A stretch of 64,000 nt of DNA from Diplonema japonicum. Its lineage: Eukaryota; Protista; Euglenozoa: Diplonemea. The DNA is taken from contig OZ025705.1 of NCBI GenBank assembly GCA_964019335.1, positions 62,001 to 126,000 of the forward strand, in the 5' to 3' direction. The notes under the pieces are model-generated. The model was not told the origin of the DNA, ran no database searches, and worked only from the letters and a program-made list of their open reading frames with translations. Numbering within the stretch: the first letter of the stretch is position 1; every line of letters begins with the position of its first letter. Below are positions 1-13,297 of this stretch, piece by piece. A program made the position numbers and the translations under genes.

Positions 1-808
1 TCGGCCAGCTCCTGTGTTCTTGCACCAGCCACTTGCGGTCGGCGTTGGCTGTCCTATAGCCGGCGTGTGCTGGACAGTGCCAAATGGTATGCTGCAGGAG
101 GCTGCTGGTTCCATTCCTAACGTCGTAGAGTGCGTCACACCCGAGGCATTTCGCACGTGTGCCTGACAAATCGCCGTAGGCTCTGGGATGAAGGGGCAGT
201 ATGGCGCCAGTGATTGCACAAAGTAACTTTCTCGCTTTCTGCGGGTTGGCGACCGCCATCTCGTTGTGTAGGAGGTTCGTCCTCTCCTCGTCGATGCCCG
301 TCTCGATCCCACCAAAGGTCTCTCGCTCTTCGGCGAGCTCGCCACGTAGCTTGTCTTTCAACAGCGTTCTGATCTCATGCTTCAGGTGTTGTATGCCTTG
401 CGGCAGCATTTTCGTCTGAAGGTCCTTCCATCTGGTCCCAATGTCTCGAAGCCAAACCTCTGCATTGCCAAATGTTCCTTTCGGTAACGACGGTGTTCCG
501 TTCCGTTCCTTCGTGTACCTGTAAGTCTCCCAGCATGAAACGAAGAGGGATTTGTTCGTCTGGCGTGTGCATAGACGCCCTAGGGTTGAAATGGCCTTGT
601 AGACCACCGTAGAGTAAGGGTCTAGGGTGTGACCTTTGTGGGCAATCCCCAGCAGAGCACTGGAGGAGCGCATCGGGTTGCGGGCCCCCCAGATACATAA
701 CGTGATCTGTTTCTTCAGTTTCTCCAGCCAGGAGTCAGGGATTGGGTCGAAGAGTACGCCGTAGAAGGCGGACGGTAGGATGTTCTCAGAGATGATCTGT
801 ATCTTGCG
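1..808 (-). mobile_element. 5'-truncated non-LTR retrotransposon (LINE) ORF2 C-terminal region; runs off the left window edge
   Basis: Stop-free minus frame from 808, not in the ORF track: RKIQIISENILPSAFYGVLFD... (post-RT thumb-like LPxxxYG), then CLGC-x15-HTIWHCP, a CCHC zinc knuckle typical of LINE ORF2 ends. Abuts an A-run at 809. Confidence 0.75.
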
Positions 809-1020
809 AAAAAAAAAAAAAAAAAAAAAGAAGGAGAAGAAACAACCCCTGCTCTAGTTATTTGCCATCCATGTCAAGGGAAGGATGTTTTTTTTTATAA
901 TAAAAAAAAATGAAATTAGGGGGGGGGGGGAGAGGGCTCTTTTCAATCTTTTTTTTTTTCCCTCCCTCTTTCTTTTTCTTCCTGTTGAACTAACAAAAAA
1001 AATAATATTTTTTTTTTTTT

Positions 1021-2520
1021 CTAATTTGTAATTAGAGGAGCTTCCTCGTCAGCGTCGCTACTATCTTCCGTATCACAAACGTCAGGGATTTGCAAGAACT
1101 CAAAGACGTCCTTTGCGTCCTCGCTGTTCACCAAGGAGAGGTGCAGCAACACAAAGACGGCCATCGACGGCTCGGCAACGATCTTCTGCTGCTGCTTGGG
1201 AACAATAAAGAGGCATGGAACCCTTACAAGGGTAGAGCAAACATGAAAACAACTTGACACCACAAAAACAAACGAGTAACCGTGCAAACTAATCAGCTCC
1301 CCACCAACAGCAGCGGACCCGCACCACCCAGCACTGGTGATGGACCCCAACGCCGCCCATTTCGCTCGATCTTTCTTCGGAATATAATCCATGATAATAG
1401 AAGATTGGATCGCACTTGTGGATTGCAAAAATCCGGAACGTGCGAACCACAGTCCAATAAGCGCGGTTCTATTCTTAATATGACTGTTAAACCCTCCACG
1501 GTAGCCTATATAGGCCATTCCGAGCAAGCAGGATATTCCACAGTACCACAGGAAGATATCAGCCTGCACTCTTCCGAACCCGCGTGATAAGAATGTTGCC
1601 AAGTACGTGAAAGGAACGACTAGATAGGGCTGCACGGCGACCACGGACATTATGGCCACGGGGCCCATGCCAAGCTCGTCCTGGAACATGATTTGAAAGA
1701 ACTTGACGGTCATGCCGGAGCCAAAGCACCACAAACAGTCCGATGCAAAGTATAGGTAAGGTACGGCGGAGTGTTTGGTCGATGTTTGACCGGTTTTGGA
1801 ATGTTCTGTGACGGCTTTGGAGTCGCTTTTCAAACAGTAGTCGTCGTTGAAGTAAAAGCAGATCAAACTTGTTGGAAATCTCAACACAAGCCCGGCTATC
1901 ATCACGATGGACAAGTCTGTGACTGTCCACTTGTCGCCGAGGGCTGCAAAGATAGCCAACGACACCACAGGCCCTGTTCCGTACATTATGTTTTGATAGT
2001 TTTGCAAGGTTGCCATGAAGCTTAATCGGGTTCCCGTGGCGAGGGAGTCGGCTAGTAAAGCCTGTGCTGCCGAATCACCAATACTCTCACCACAGTATGC
2101 AATCGACACACATGCACAGGTTGCTATAAATTTGTAATTTCCGAAAATCGTGTTTTTTTGCAGTTTGCTGTCGAAATCGTCGTCCAAAAGGCACATCAGC
2201 AGCAGCCACAATAAAGTGCAGATTCCTATAAGGGAGCCCCAACCGCTCCATCGCACTATTCTGTCTCTCCTGCCACGGTCAGATAGATATCCTCCTACTA
2301 AACCGGGTATTAGGGCGCAGAAGCCGAAGAAGCCTTCTGCGTAGCCGACCATTCTGTTCGAGGAGTTGGTGATCATGTAGATGAATATTGCGGTGACCCC
2401 TGTGAAGAGTATACCATTAGACAGGCTCACTGCTACCAGGTACCACACTGATAGCTGCGTGTTGCGGTTTTCCGAACCGAAGCCCACTATCTTTTTCGCC
2501 GTTTTTTTGAGCTTTTCCAT
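1021..2520 (-). CDS. Major facilitator superfamily transporter
   Basis: 499 aa, about 12 hydrophobic segments, MFS motif A-like GGYLSDRGRRD; ATG preceded by A7. Confidence 0.85.
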   Translation of the reverse strand: MEKLKKTAKKIVGFGSENRNTQLSVWYLVAVSLSNGILFTGVTAIFIYMITNSSNRMVGYAEGFFGFCALIPGLVGGYLSDRGRRDRIVRWSGWGSLIGICTLLWLLLMCLLDDDFDSKLQKNTIFGNYKFIATCACVSIAYCGESIGDSAAQALLADSLATGTRLSFMATLQNYQNIMYGTGPVVSLAIFAALGDKWTVTDLSIVMIAGLVLRFPTSLICFYFNDDYCLKSDSKAVTEHSKTGQTSTKHSAVPYLYFASDCLWCFGSGMTVKFFQIMFQDELGMGPVAIMSVVAVQPYLVVPFTYLATFLSRGFGRVQADIFLWYCGISCLLGMAYIGYRGGFNSHIKNRTALIGLWFARSGFLQSTSAIQSSIIMDYIPKKDRAKWAALGSITSAGWCGSAAVGGELISLHGYSFVFVVSSCFHVCSTLVRVPCLFIVPKQQQKIVAEPSMAVFVLLHLSLVNSEDAKDVFEFLQIPDVCDTEDSSDADEEAPLITN

Positions 2521-3456
2521 TTTTTTTCCCCCTCCCCCTGCGCCACCGTCTCCTCTTTTTTTTTTTTAAAATTTAGGAAAAAAAAAAGAAAGTGGGGGGG
2601 GTGCAGGGAGGAGGGAAAAAAAAAGTGATTGTTTTGAAAAGGTGGGGGAAAAAAATAGGAAGAGGTGGGTGATTGGTGAGTTTGGGGGGGGGGTTGTGTT
2701 TTCTTATTCTCCTTTTTTTTTTCTCGTATTGTTGTGGTGGTGGAATCAGGTGGGAGTGAATCCAGGGTTCGAATATATAATAATAAAGAGCAAAAATGTA
2801 ATAGGTAGGGGGGGGGTTAGGGTTAGTAGTTCTTAGTGCAGATCAGGTATTGGGGGGGGTTTCAATTTTCTTTTAACATGTTTTCTTTTTCTTCTAAAAG
2901 GGAAAAGGAACCCCAAAAAAAAATGTGGTTGGGGGGGAGGGTAGTTAGAGTATAACAGGGCAAGTTTATTTTCCTTTTTTTTTTTTTTTTTTTGTGTTGT
3001 GTTTTGAAAAAAAAAAAAAAAAAAAAAAAAAAAAGCCACAGCTGGCTGGAAAAAAACTTTACTATGATTGGGGGTTCGGAGGATATGTGAATGTAAAGTA
3101 ACTAACGAAGACTTGCTTAGATGTTCCCGGGGGAGGGAAAAATAAATATTCTTTGCCAAAAGCCGACTAAGGAGGGGGGGGGGGGGGGGGGGGTTACACA
3201 AAAAAGAACAAGAAACAGTACCCCTCAGGCTTTTGTTACAAAAAAAAAAAAAAAAAAAGAGAGATGGGGTGACTCGCTTCATACTCGGGCAAAGTCTACA
3301 GGGAAGACGGAAAGAAAACTAGTGGGTTACTTTTTTTTTTAATTTAAAGATTCCTTTTAAAGATTAGGGGGAGAGGGGGATGTGTATTGGAAAAAAAAGG
3401 GGGGGGGGAAACAAAAAAGTGTCCTTTTGGTTGCACAGTTAAACAATGAAAGTTCG

Positions 3457-3487
<31 letters not shown>

Positions 3488-3589
3488 TCGGGGCGACTCT
3501 CTGTCACTCCGTTGTCATATTGTCAAAAAAAAAATCTTAAAAATATGAAGGGATAAAAAAAAAAGGGGGGGGAATAAAAAAAAGGCATA

Positions 3590-3757
3590 TTAGTGTTCAG
3601 AATCCTCCCAGATTCCATCGCTTCTTATCACTATATATAAAAAAAAAAAATGCTGGTAAGGTAGGTATGTTTAGTGTTCAGAAAAAAAAAATTCCCCCAA
3701 GTTCCCGTGCTTCTCATCGGGCAGGGGGACTATAAAGATACTGGTAAAGGCAATGTA
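3590..3757. repeat. Degenerate tandem duplication (about 2 x 80 bp)
   Basis: TTAGTGTTCAGAA...GCTTCT(T/C)ATC...CTATA...CTGGTAA occurs twice in tandem. Confidence 0.55.
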
Positions 3758-4204
3758 TTTTTTTTTTTTTTGTTCCTCTGATTAAGTTTAAAGTAAGACT
3801 CTTTTTCACACCCGCCTCCTTGCATCTTTTGAGGAGGACTAGAAAGAAAAAGAAGGAAAAAAAAAAAAAAAAAGAGAAAACAAAAACACATGGTCAAATT
3901 ACGGTACTTTGCGGGGAAAAAAAAAAAAAAAAAAAAGCGCTCCTCTCATGGCGCTTAAGATTAAAAAATCTTTTTTTTCTTTTTAAGGAGAGAAGCTGAT
4001 TTTTCTTTTTGTTTTACTGTATATTTGACCATATGTATTATTATTTTTGTGGTAGATTTAGAAAATAGGTCCCTTCTGTTTTAAAAATATAAAGAGGACG
4101 AAGGTTATAAGTATACGGGGGATAAATGGTTTTTTTTTTTTTTTTTTACCCCCTTTTTTTCTTCCATTCTCTCCTAGATAAAAAAAAAAAAAAAACTCGA
4201 TGGT

Positions 4205-4479
4205 TTAAAGGTAGCCGGTGGGGGCACCCTGCACAAGCACCATTTACTTGATTACAGGGGGCGCACCTCGGCCTAGCTGTAGCTTCTTCTGCGTTCCGCG
4301 TCGTGTCCTCAATGCGTGCGGGTAACCAAGATTCTGAGCCCGTGTAGTTTGCTGCCTGTTCGCCACCCAGAGCATCTGCTTCTTCCACTTGGGCGCTACC
4401 GGTGATGACCGACGGGGAGGTCAACAGCGAACAACACATCTGATGTACTTCTTTATATTTCCATGTTATCCCCACCACC
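4205..4479. mobile_element. SINE-like dispersed repeat family A, diverged copy
   Basis: Aligns by eye to the copies at 29951, 43166 and 58277; shares the right end ...ATGTTATCCCCACCACC. Confidence 0.8.
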
Positions 4480-4771
4480 TGGATAAAAAAAAAAAAAAAA
4501 CGAAATTAATTTTCTTTTTTCAGGGCGAGGCTCATGTGTTAAAATCACAAAGGAAGAGAGAGAAAAAGAAGATCCTAGGCAGCACGGGGGGGGCTTGAAG
4601 AGTATCAAATAACAATTACTATCCACTAAATCCCCCCCCCCTTTTTTTTTTACCCCTCCTTCTTACTAGACTACTTCAACTCAAAAAAAAAGTGCATTTT
4701 TTTTTTTATTTATTTATTGCTTTAACAATATTGTAGTCTAAAACTAGCTGGCGGAAACGTAACGAGTTTAC

Positions 4772-4804
<33 letters not shown>

Positions 4805-6613
4805 TTTTTTTTTGCCAAACCATTTTTTTTTTTTTTTCCTTCTTTCTTTTTTTTTTTTACCGTGCAGGTTTTTATAAGGTGAGGCGAGACAGCTCCGTAA
4901 TAATACTTCTGGAAGGAACAAAGAAAAAAAAAATTGATCTGGGGGTAAATATAAAGAAAAGGGGGTGACACCATGGCCCCCCTGGGCAAGCAAAATAGAG
5001 TAAGGATACGTGTTTTTAGGCATGAAAAGAAGAAGAAGAACAAAAAAAAATCTATTCTGTATTGGTGCTACAGTGAACAAGACAGGTGCTATCGGACTGG
5101 TCGGTAATCACATGTCAACCTTGGGGTGGTTAAAAAAGTCAGGATTTCTTTTTTTTTTTTTTTTTGTTTTGCAGGGAAGAAAAAAAACCCCCCCCCCAAC
5201 AACCCTTTCCCAGTACAAAACTTGTTTACCTTTTTTTTTTTAAACTTAATTATTCAAAATAGTGCGAGGGCATACTTTTTTGGAGAGAGTCACATGGGGG
5301 GGGGGGGGGGCAATCTTTATGAAGCAATTCTTCTTTTTCTTTTCATGCTCGTTATTTAGCCGGAGTGGGGAAGGGGGGGGGGGGGCAGAGTAAAAAATCT
5401 TTTCTTCCAGTGTTTTCTTTCTTTGAAAGAGTTGCGCCAGCTTGTCTATCATTAGATATTTTTGCATGAAGATGCTCCTTTCTTTTTCTTCTTTTCTTTT
5501 CTTTTCTTTTTTTTTTTAAAAAATAAAAATTGTCTTTCCTCATTCCGTATTTCTTTTTTTTAAAACTAAAGGTTGTCTGAAACAATAAAGAAATCAATGA
5601 AATTTAAGTTGTTAAATAATAAAGGTTAGGACCGGTATTTATTTAAAACTTTAAATTTCTTTTTCTCTCTCTCTCCAGAGGCTGTCACCCCTCGGGGCGG
5701 ATTTTCCTTAGGAAAAAAAAGATCGTTTTTTTATTTTTTTTTATAACTTATTTATATTTTAATACGGTAATTCTCTTCGAGACTTGTGTCTCTGCTCGCT
5801 TTGGCTTGCCTTGTCCCCTTCCAGTCCTGGGGGGGGCATCAAAAAAAAAGAAAAAAGAAAAAAAGGAAAAAGAAAAAGAAAACAAATACGTTCACAAGAA
5901 AAAAATACAAATATAAAAAAACAAGAAACTTTGGAATGTTTTTAGCAATATAGAAAATTACGGTAGAAATGGGTGGGGAGGTGAGGGGGGGGTTTCTTTT
6001 TGCATAGGGAAGGGAGTGGGAAGAGGGGGAAAAAAAAAAAGAGAAAATAAGAGGAAAAAAAAAAAATAGAGCCAAACAAACACAAACCCGGTTCCTTTCT
6101 ATTCTCCTTCGTTTTTTTTTGTTTTTTTTTCCTTTCTCTTTCTACCTTTTTTTTTCCCCTTCTTCTCTTTAATTTCTAGGTACTGGGCTGAATTCTCAAA
6201 AAAAAAAAACTTCTTTTTTTTTTTAAAATCCCACGGGGCGTTTCTTCCCTCTTTTTTTTTTCCTTTTTTTTTTCAAATTTCCTAACTGGGCTTTAAACAA
6301 CCCAAAATGGAAAGATCTGAAAAAAAAAATAAAAAATAAGGGGGGGGGAAATCGCCATGATTTAGAGGGAAGGGAGGATTGCTTGCAGCGATACCACCAA
6401 AATCGACGAAAGCACAAATCACGGGAGGGCAGAAACATGCAGATAAGTAGTTCGTATCCCCTTTGGCCCTTTGCTCTTTCCGAAGGGGGAGGGGGGGGGG
6501 ATAGTTCTTTCAGTGCAATGTTTTCTGGGCAGTCTTTCAGGTGACCGTACTTAATCGTCCCCTCCCTCCTCCCCCTATCTAGCATAGAGCAAGCCCCCAT
6601 AAGGTGGGCTAGT

Positions 6614-6647
<34 letters not shown>

Positions 6648-9600
6648 CCCCCCCACTTCACCGATCTTTTTTTTTTTCCTCAGTAGAAAATGGGGAAAAA
6701 AAAAATAAAATAAAATAAAATAAAAAAAAAATCCATATTTTTCCCGCAGATTTAGGTAAGGGAGAGAGAGTGAGGGGGGAGGGGATAGAGAAACAAAGTG
6801 GGTATAACAAAACTCAACTACTCCAAATTGCTAGCTTTTTTTTCTTCCCCCCCCCCCCATCTTGTTCTCCCGCCTGTTCTTCCTGGTCAGACAGCGATTT
6901 TCTTTTTTTTTTCCTTTTTCATTGAAAAATTGACATTCTTTCATTTTTAAAACATGCGTGTGAGCACTAGGAAAGGAAAGGAAAGAAAAGAGGTTTTTTT
7001 TTTTTTTTTCCTGTACACAACCCCTCTTTTTTTTTTCTCAAAGTGTCATGTTTGTCAACACAGACTGCACTAAACTTTCCATTTCCCCCCCCAACTTTTT
7101 ACCATTTGATTGTACCTCTTTCCATCTACCATATCATCTTATTGCTTTTTTTTTCTTTTTTGGTGGTTGTATTGTTGCTTGTACTCAAGAGGAAAAGGAG
7201 AAAAAAGAGGGGGAGCTGGAGGTGCTTATTTGGGCAAGAGCCGCCCAAACTTAAAATTCCCAAGACCCACAAAAAAAAGTCGAAATGAGACAAATGTTGT
7301 TATGGGGGAAGACCTCTGTTCAACACTGTCATTAGCACAGCAATAGCCCTCCCCCCCTTTTTTTTCTTTCTCCTCCTTGAATATTTTGTTTCTATTTTTT
7401 TTTACCCCCCCTTTTGTTACAAAGTACTCATAACCCTCAGCTGCTTTAACGTGCAAAAAAAAAAAAAAAAAAAAAGAGGTAAAGAGGTTCAGGGGTTGTT
7501 GTTGTTGTTGTTTTTTTTTCTTCTTTTTTCTTTTCTCTTTTTTTTTTTTTTCCCCATTTGTATGCTGCGGGAGGTAGGGGGAAAAAAAAAAAAAATGGGG
7601 AGAAGTACCGGAAACGAAAGCAAGCACGTAATAGATCACATGAAAGAAGAAGAAGAGAAAAAAAAAAAGTGTTTGGTGTGGAAGAAAAAAAAAAGAATAA
7701 AAAAAAATCCCACTCCTCATTTTTTTTTTTTTTTTTTTTTTTACTATTTACGAAAATACTGGACGATCGCACCCTCGCTGTTTGTGAAAACAAGTAATTT
7801 CAGAAAAGCGGAAAAAAAAAAACTTTTTTAATCATCGAATGAAGGGGGGGGAGGGGGAATAGTTTTTCAAAGTAGAACAGGAAACTTTTAGTTCAGAGCA
7901 CACCGGTCGGCTGAAAAAGTAAGTTAGAGTTCCGCTTGGTTCCCACTTTCTGGCTCCCCCCCCCCCCCCCCCCCCCCCATCCCCCCCTTCACAAGGGTAC
8001 TATTCAAGGCCACTCTGCAATATATTCAGTTGTGGTTAGTTTTCCTCTTTTTTTAAAAAAAAATGTCCCTCCCAGGTGTCTTAAGGCTCTTGCGACGACC
8101 AAAGAGACTCTTGGGAATCTTTTTTTTTTTTTTTTTTTTGGAAAAAAAAAAAAGAAAATTCGAGTTTGTTATTTCTTTTTTATGCAATATGCTTGATGTT
8201 TGGAAAAAAGGGATTTTTAAAAAGGGGGCCCTTTTATGGGACGGATCGCACTGCAACAGGTTGTTGCCCTTGTAAGTTTGTGGTCTTTTGGTAGGGTGCT
8301 GTCCCCCCCTTTTTTTTTGGGTCTCAGACTCTGGTCCTTTAGGGATAACAAAAAATCGCTTTCCTTTTTTATTTAATTAAAAAAAGGGCAAAAAAAAGAG
8401 CTTTGAAGTGTAAACAGCGCGAACCACTAGGGAAAGAGAAGAAAAAAAAAAGAAGCAGAGGAAGGGCTGATGAGCTGGTATAAAAAAATAAAAAACCCCC
8501 CCAACAGCTAAGAATAATCTTGTTGTTGGAAAAAAAAAAAAAAAAAAAGAGAGAAGAAAAAGAAAAAAAAAAAGAAATAGCTCGTCATCTGATGATTAGA
8601 ACAAAACAATCCAATGAAGAAATTATTTCATTTCTTTTTTTCTTTTTCATTTTTCTTTTTTTGCATCCTCGAATCTTTTGATTTTACACCCCTTTTTTTT
8701 CCCCCCTTCTTCTCACCACTAATCGAAATGCCCCTTCAAGCACCCCTCCAATGGTTCTTTTTTTTCTTCTTCCAAATATTTTTCAACTCCCCCCCCTTCT
8801 TCATCCTTATTAGGTGAAATACCCGCCCCCCCCCAAAAAAAAACTCACTACTAGTTTAAAAAAAATATGAATAAATATTTTAATTGGCAAGCATCCTAAC
8901 TTTGTTCTTAACAATTTAGCGCGACTGGAATGGGCAAATATTATCTTTACAATGCTATTATAGCCTTATAGCCCTGCGTCCAGGGCGAAGTTCCATAACC
9001 AGTGCCCAAACCAAACCCGAAACCCACTTATATTTTTTGAAGCAGGGTCGTGCTTTAAAAAAAAAAAAAAAAAAAAAAAGAAAACTCCTCGCGCAAAATA
9101 TCTTTTGGAAATATAAGGACAAAAAAACGTCCGCTTGTTCCTTCAGGGATAAAAGGAGGAGAAAGAAGAAAAAGGACGAAAGAGATGGGGCTAGACCTTG
9201 GTCTGCTCACAGTAGGAGGGATATAAAAAAAAAAATGAAGGGAAAAAGAAAATAGAGTAGGGAAAAAAAAAAAAAAAAAAAAACAAGTGCTTATTTTAAA
9301 TCTGTGAATATAATACCGATTTTTTGTACTGGACAGCAACGGAGAAATGTTGAAATTGAATTTGAAACAGATAATTTATATAAAACCCTTTTTTTTTTTT
9401 CCCCCCCAAACAAACGAACTTTACAAACAAAATCTTTTCGTATTTATAATTTCTTCCGCGCGTACAAAGTCCAAATCCGGTATAGAAAAAAAGGGTGAGG
9501 AGGGGGGATGTTTCCTTTGAAGAATGTTGTCGTTGCATCCTCGTATTCTTCTTCTTCTTCTTGGTTTTCCCCTCTTTAGATGGCCCCTTTCCATGTTCTC

Positions 9601-10210
9601 AACTTCTTGTTAGCTTTCTTTTTTAAAAAAAGAAATAAAAATAGATCTTTAGTAGTGCCCCCCCCCCCCCCCCCGACAGGGAGAGGAAACAAGAGTGGGG
9701 GGGAAAGAAGAAGAAACTGAATGTAAATAAAGCCATATATGCCTTCGTACAACACGTTTCTTTTTTTTTTTTTTGTTTCATTATTATTATTATTTTTTTC
9801 TTTTATTCACTAGTTGTACTCAAAGCTTGTCACCCTCCTTGAGTAGGCCCCCCAAACCAACAAAAAATTGTGCGGTAGTAAGAAAAAAAAAAAAGAAGAA
9901 AAAAAGCTATTCTTTCTTTCGTTCTTTCTAACAAAGCTTTGATAACGTGCGTGAAAAGGAAGGCCAAATAGAAAAAAAAGATTCTCCTCTCCCCCCCCCC
10001 TAGACAAAGAAAAAAAAAGGAGCAAATTTAAACCCCAATAGAGACGGGGCTTAATAAAAAATATAAAAAAAAAAAAAAAAAGGGTTGTTGAGTGGTAAAA
10101 AAAAAAAAAAGGAAGGTATGTGGTATAGTAGTTAAAGCATAGATAAGAAAAAAAGGGGAGGGCGCGTGAAACAAGGGAAAGCGCATGACTATCCACATGT
10201 CTGCCGAAAT

Positions 10211-10248
<38 letters not shown>

Positions 10249-10424
10249 TGCAAGCAGACAGGGGACAAAGGGGAAGGCAAAGAGCTTATGGCAACTGTGA
10301 AACGGAAAGTATAAAAAAAAAAAATCTTTTTAAAAAAAAGGGAAAGGGGGAAGAGGCAAAAAAAAAAAAAAAAAAAAAAGTTCGTATTTCAGTCTCTCTC
10401 TCTTTTTTTTATTTTTTTTATTTC

Positions 10425-10849
10425 GAGCCGGGTTTTCAATTTCAAGGGGTGGGAGTGAAAATAAGATTTCATTTTATATCATCCTCAACTTTATGTTACT
10501 CTCAGTTTATAGAGAAATATGGCCCAGGAAACATAATGTAACATTGCGTCACTCCTGCACCTATTTTAAGCCAAACACCCTAGAAACACAGAAAACGATG
10601 GGAATTAGCCTAAGGCGATGAAAAAGATTGGAGCAAGAAGTACCATCCTAGAATTAGATTCTGCAAGTGGGGCCCGCATTCTACCATCAAAACTAGTAAC
10701 TTGTGTAACCTCTTTTTTTGCTTCAAACCCGGCTCTTATTAAATAAAACAACATATTAAATGAAAAGAAGTGCATTATTTCACTTGTTTCTCTCGTTAAA
10801 ACCCCTGCCACCACGCGTGAAGTAACACAATCTTATTTTCATTTAATAT
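10425..10849. mobile_element. Non-autonomous element with IR pair plus right-terminal hairpin (Crypton-like architecture)
   Basis: GAGCCGGGTTT 10425-10435 / AAACCCGGCTC 10725-10735; hairpin arms 10753-10770 / 10832-10849 (17/18 match); homopolymer-poor. Confidence 0.55.
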
Positions 10850-11895
10850 TTCTTTTTTTTTTTTTTTTTTTTTAAATTTCGTTCTCCGCCAGATAGCACC
10901 AATGTTGCTTGGAAAATATTAAAAAAAAAAAAAAAAATATAAAAAGAACCGTGAAGTATTTGAATGTGGGAGAGAAAGGGGGGGGGGGGAAAATACATGA
11001 GCCGAGTAGTGTTTGAAATCCCCCCCTTTTTTTTGTATTCTTTCTCAAAAAAAGATAGAAAAAGACGACATAGGTAAAGTAGAAAATAAGGGGGAGGGGG
11101 AAGGGTAGCGGTTTGATGGAGGAGTAAAAAAGAAAAAAAGAAAAAGAAACACCCCCTCCACGGGCTCCTTCAGAGGAAGGCTTACCTCTCCCCCCCAACT
11201 ATTTTTTTTTTTTTTTTCATTAGAGGGTTTTTATTTTCGTTCTTTTTTTTTTTTCTTTCCCAAGAGCTAACAAAAAAAAAAATCGAACGAGAGAAAGATA
11301 AAAAAAAAAAAAAGAGCTATAACAAAAGAGCTACGAAAAAGTTTAGTTTAAAGGAGAGCAGGGGGACACAAGTAATGAGGGAAAAAAAAAAAAAGAGCGT
11401 TGGAAAGGGAAATACTTTTTTTTTCTCTCCCGTCTCTCCCCTCTCAAAAGATCTGCATTTTTTTTTTTCTGAAACCCTTTCATTTTCTAAAGGACGAAAA
11501 TCGAGGCTTTCCTTCTTCTTTTCTCAAAGGAGGGGAGGAACAAGGCTCCCGTGTTCTTTTTTGAGGATCCCTCTTTTTTTTGACACCCCATTACCTGAGA
11601 AACCTTCTTCATTTATTTATTTATTTGTTTATTTTTTTTTTTGCTGTCTCAAGACATTTTTTTTTTTTTTTTTTTTTTGCTCCTCCCCCTTTTTTTTTCC
11701 ATAGGTGAAATGTTTTTTTTTGAAAAAATATTCTTTTTTTGCTTTGTTTGAAAAAAATGGTCAATTATTTTTAATTTTGACAATAAGGAAGGGGTGTGTG
11801 TGTGTGTGGTTGTTTTTTTTTTTCTCGTGTGCCCTAAAAGTTATTGTAAAAAAACCCCCCCCAAAAAATGGTTTGCATACTTTGTACAAAAATTT

Positions 11896-11930
<35 letters not shown>

Positions 11931-12041
11931 AAAGTTTCTATGACTAAATGTCTTTGTTGTTCGGCCAGCAAAAAAGAATTTTAAAAAAAAAGTTGCGAAA
12001 ATCTATTGCTCGGCCACACAACTTTGCATATAGTTATAAAA

Positions 12042-12072
<31 letters not shown>

Positions 12073-12283
12073 TGAACATCTTTTGTAACAAAAAAAAATA
12101 ATAATAATAACTCAAGGCTGCCATACCGTATTCTTTTTTTTTTTTTTTTTTTAAATATATCCCGAAACAACAGTTACAAGAAAAAAAAAAAAAAAATACG
12201 GTATTCTGAAAGTGAACAAAAAAAAAAAAAATGGGCAAGATCCCCTCTCTATCCCCACACTCCCCCCCACCATCACCAGCTCA

Positions 12284-13297
12284 TCACGAAGAAGCACCAT
12301 TAACCCCCTGCAGCTGGTTGCCCATAACAAAAACGGGATAAGGCACAGGTACCATAATCTGCTGTTGCTGCTGCTGCTGCTGGAGCAGCTGTTGCTGGTG
12401 CTGGAGCTGTTGCGCCTGCAAGGCGGACTGCTGAAGCAGATACTGCTGTTGGATAGAAAGCATCATTTCAGGTGTAATGTACTGGGCAGCGGGCATCTGC
12501 CGCACAAGTGGATATTGTAACTGCTGGAGGGGCTGCGGCAAGCATACTGCCGTCTGTTGAGGGACAATGGGAACAGCCTCTGCTTGCTCCTTGACTGAAC
12601 CCTCAAGAGGGGGCGGGGAGTCTTCCTCGCTTGGCTTCAACTTCCTGGCCACTTTTTTTGCGTTTTCGTTAATCCAAATATAATCACTCTTATGGTACCC
12701 ACTGTCTGGGTAGAACATCTGATGCTCATCACACTGTGGGGAGTGGACGTAGTAGTCCTTGTAGCGCATGGCGTCTACAGTGTTCACTCTGCTCCGTGCG
12801 TCCTCCTCGGTAGCGAACTGGATGTACACATGCACCATCATGTCCCATGGTTCCACGCCTTCCTTTGGTTTGAACGTTTTCGGGTTCACTGCAATGAGCT
12901 CGATTAAGTCCATGTCGCCCCTTAACGGTGACTCCGCCACGATTTGCAGGCCTTCCTCGAGGGTTAGTGTCGCCTTCCCCTTAATCGTGAGGATCAGGAC
13001 CCGCGAACGGCGGATTTCTTTCCTGAAATTCTTCCTGGGCTTCGCCCTGAGGGCCACCCTCTCCTCGTGTGTTAGAGCTCCTTCGAAAAAGAGGATTTCT
13101 TTACCGCTGTTGAATGGGGGGGGGGGAGGGGGGGTTAAAAGAAAAAAAAAATATGCATACACGAATCTCTCGATTGGTTCACACCCCGGTACCTCCAACA
13201 GAAATTTCGATAAGGATTCGTGGTTAGGCAAGGACACCAGGAACACGTTGTCCAAAGGCTTGCCGAATGTCTTTCTAGTTGCCATCACTTTCTTCAT
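12284..13297 (-). CDS. RRM-like domain protein with Q-rich tail, paralogue 1; intron 13107-13160
   Basis: Likely start MKKVMAT after an A-run. A 54-nt GTATGC...CAACAG intron removes YAYFFFLLTPPPPPPFNS and gives ERFVGKEI, matching paralogue 2. RNP1-like HVYIQFATEEDA. Confidence 0.75.
   Translation of the reverse strand: MKKVMATRKTFGKPLDNVFLVSLPNHESLSKFLLEVPGCEPIERFVYAYFFFLLTPPPPPPFNSGKEILFFEGALTHEERVALRAKPRKNFRKEIRRSRVLILTIKGKATLTLEEGLQIVAESPLRGDMDLIELIAVNPKTFKPKEGVEPWDMMVHVYIQFATEEDARSRVNTVDAMRYKDYYVHSPQCDEHQMFYPDSGYHKSDYIWINENAKKVARKLKPSEEDSPPPLEGSVKEQAEAVPIVPQQTAVCLPQPLQQLQYPLVRQMPAAQYITPEMMLSIQQQYLLQQSALQAQQLQHQQQLLQQQQQQQQIMVPVPYPVFVMGNQLQGVNGASS

Noticed and set aside
375-698. 107-aa minus ORF as a gene
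   Set aside because: Alternative frame overlapping the longer LINE frame.
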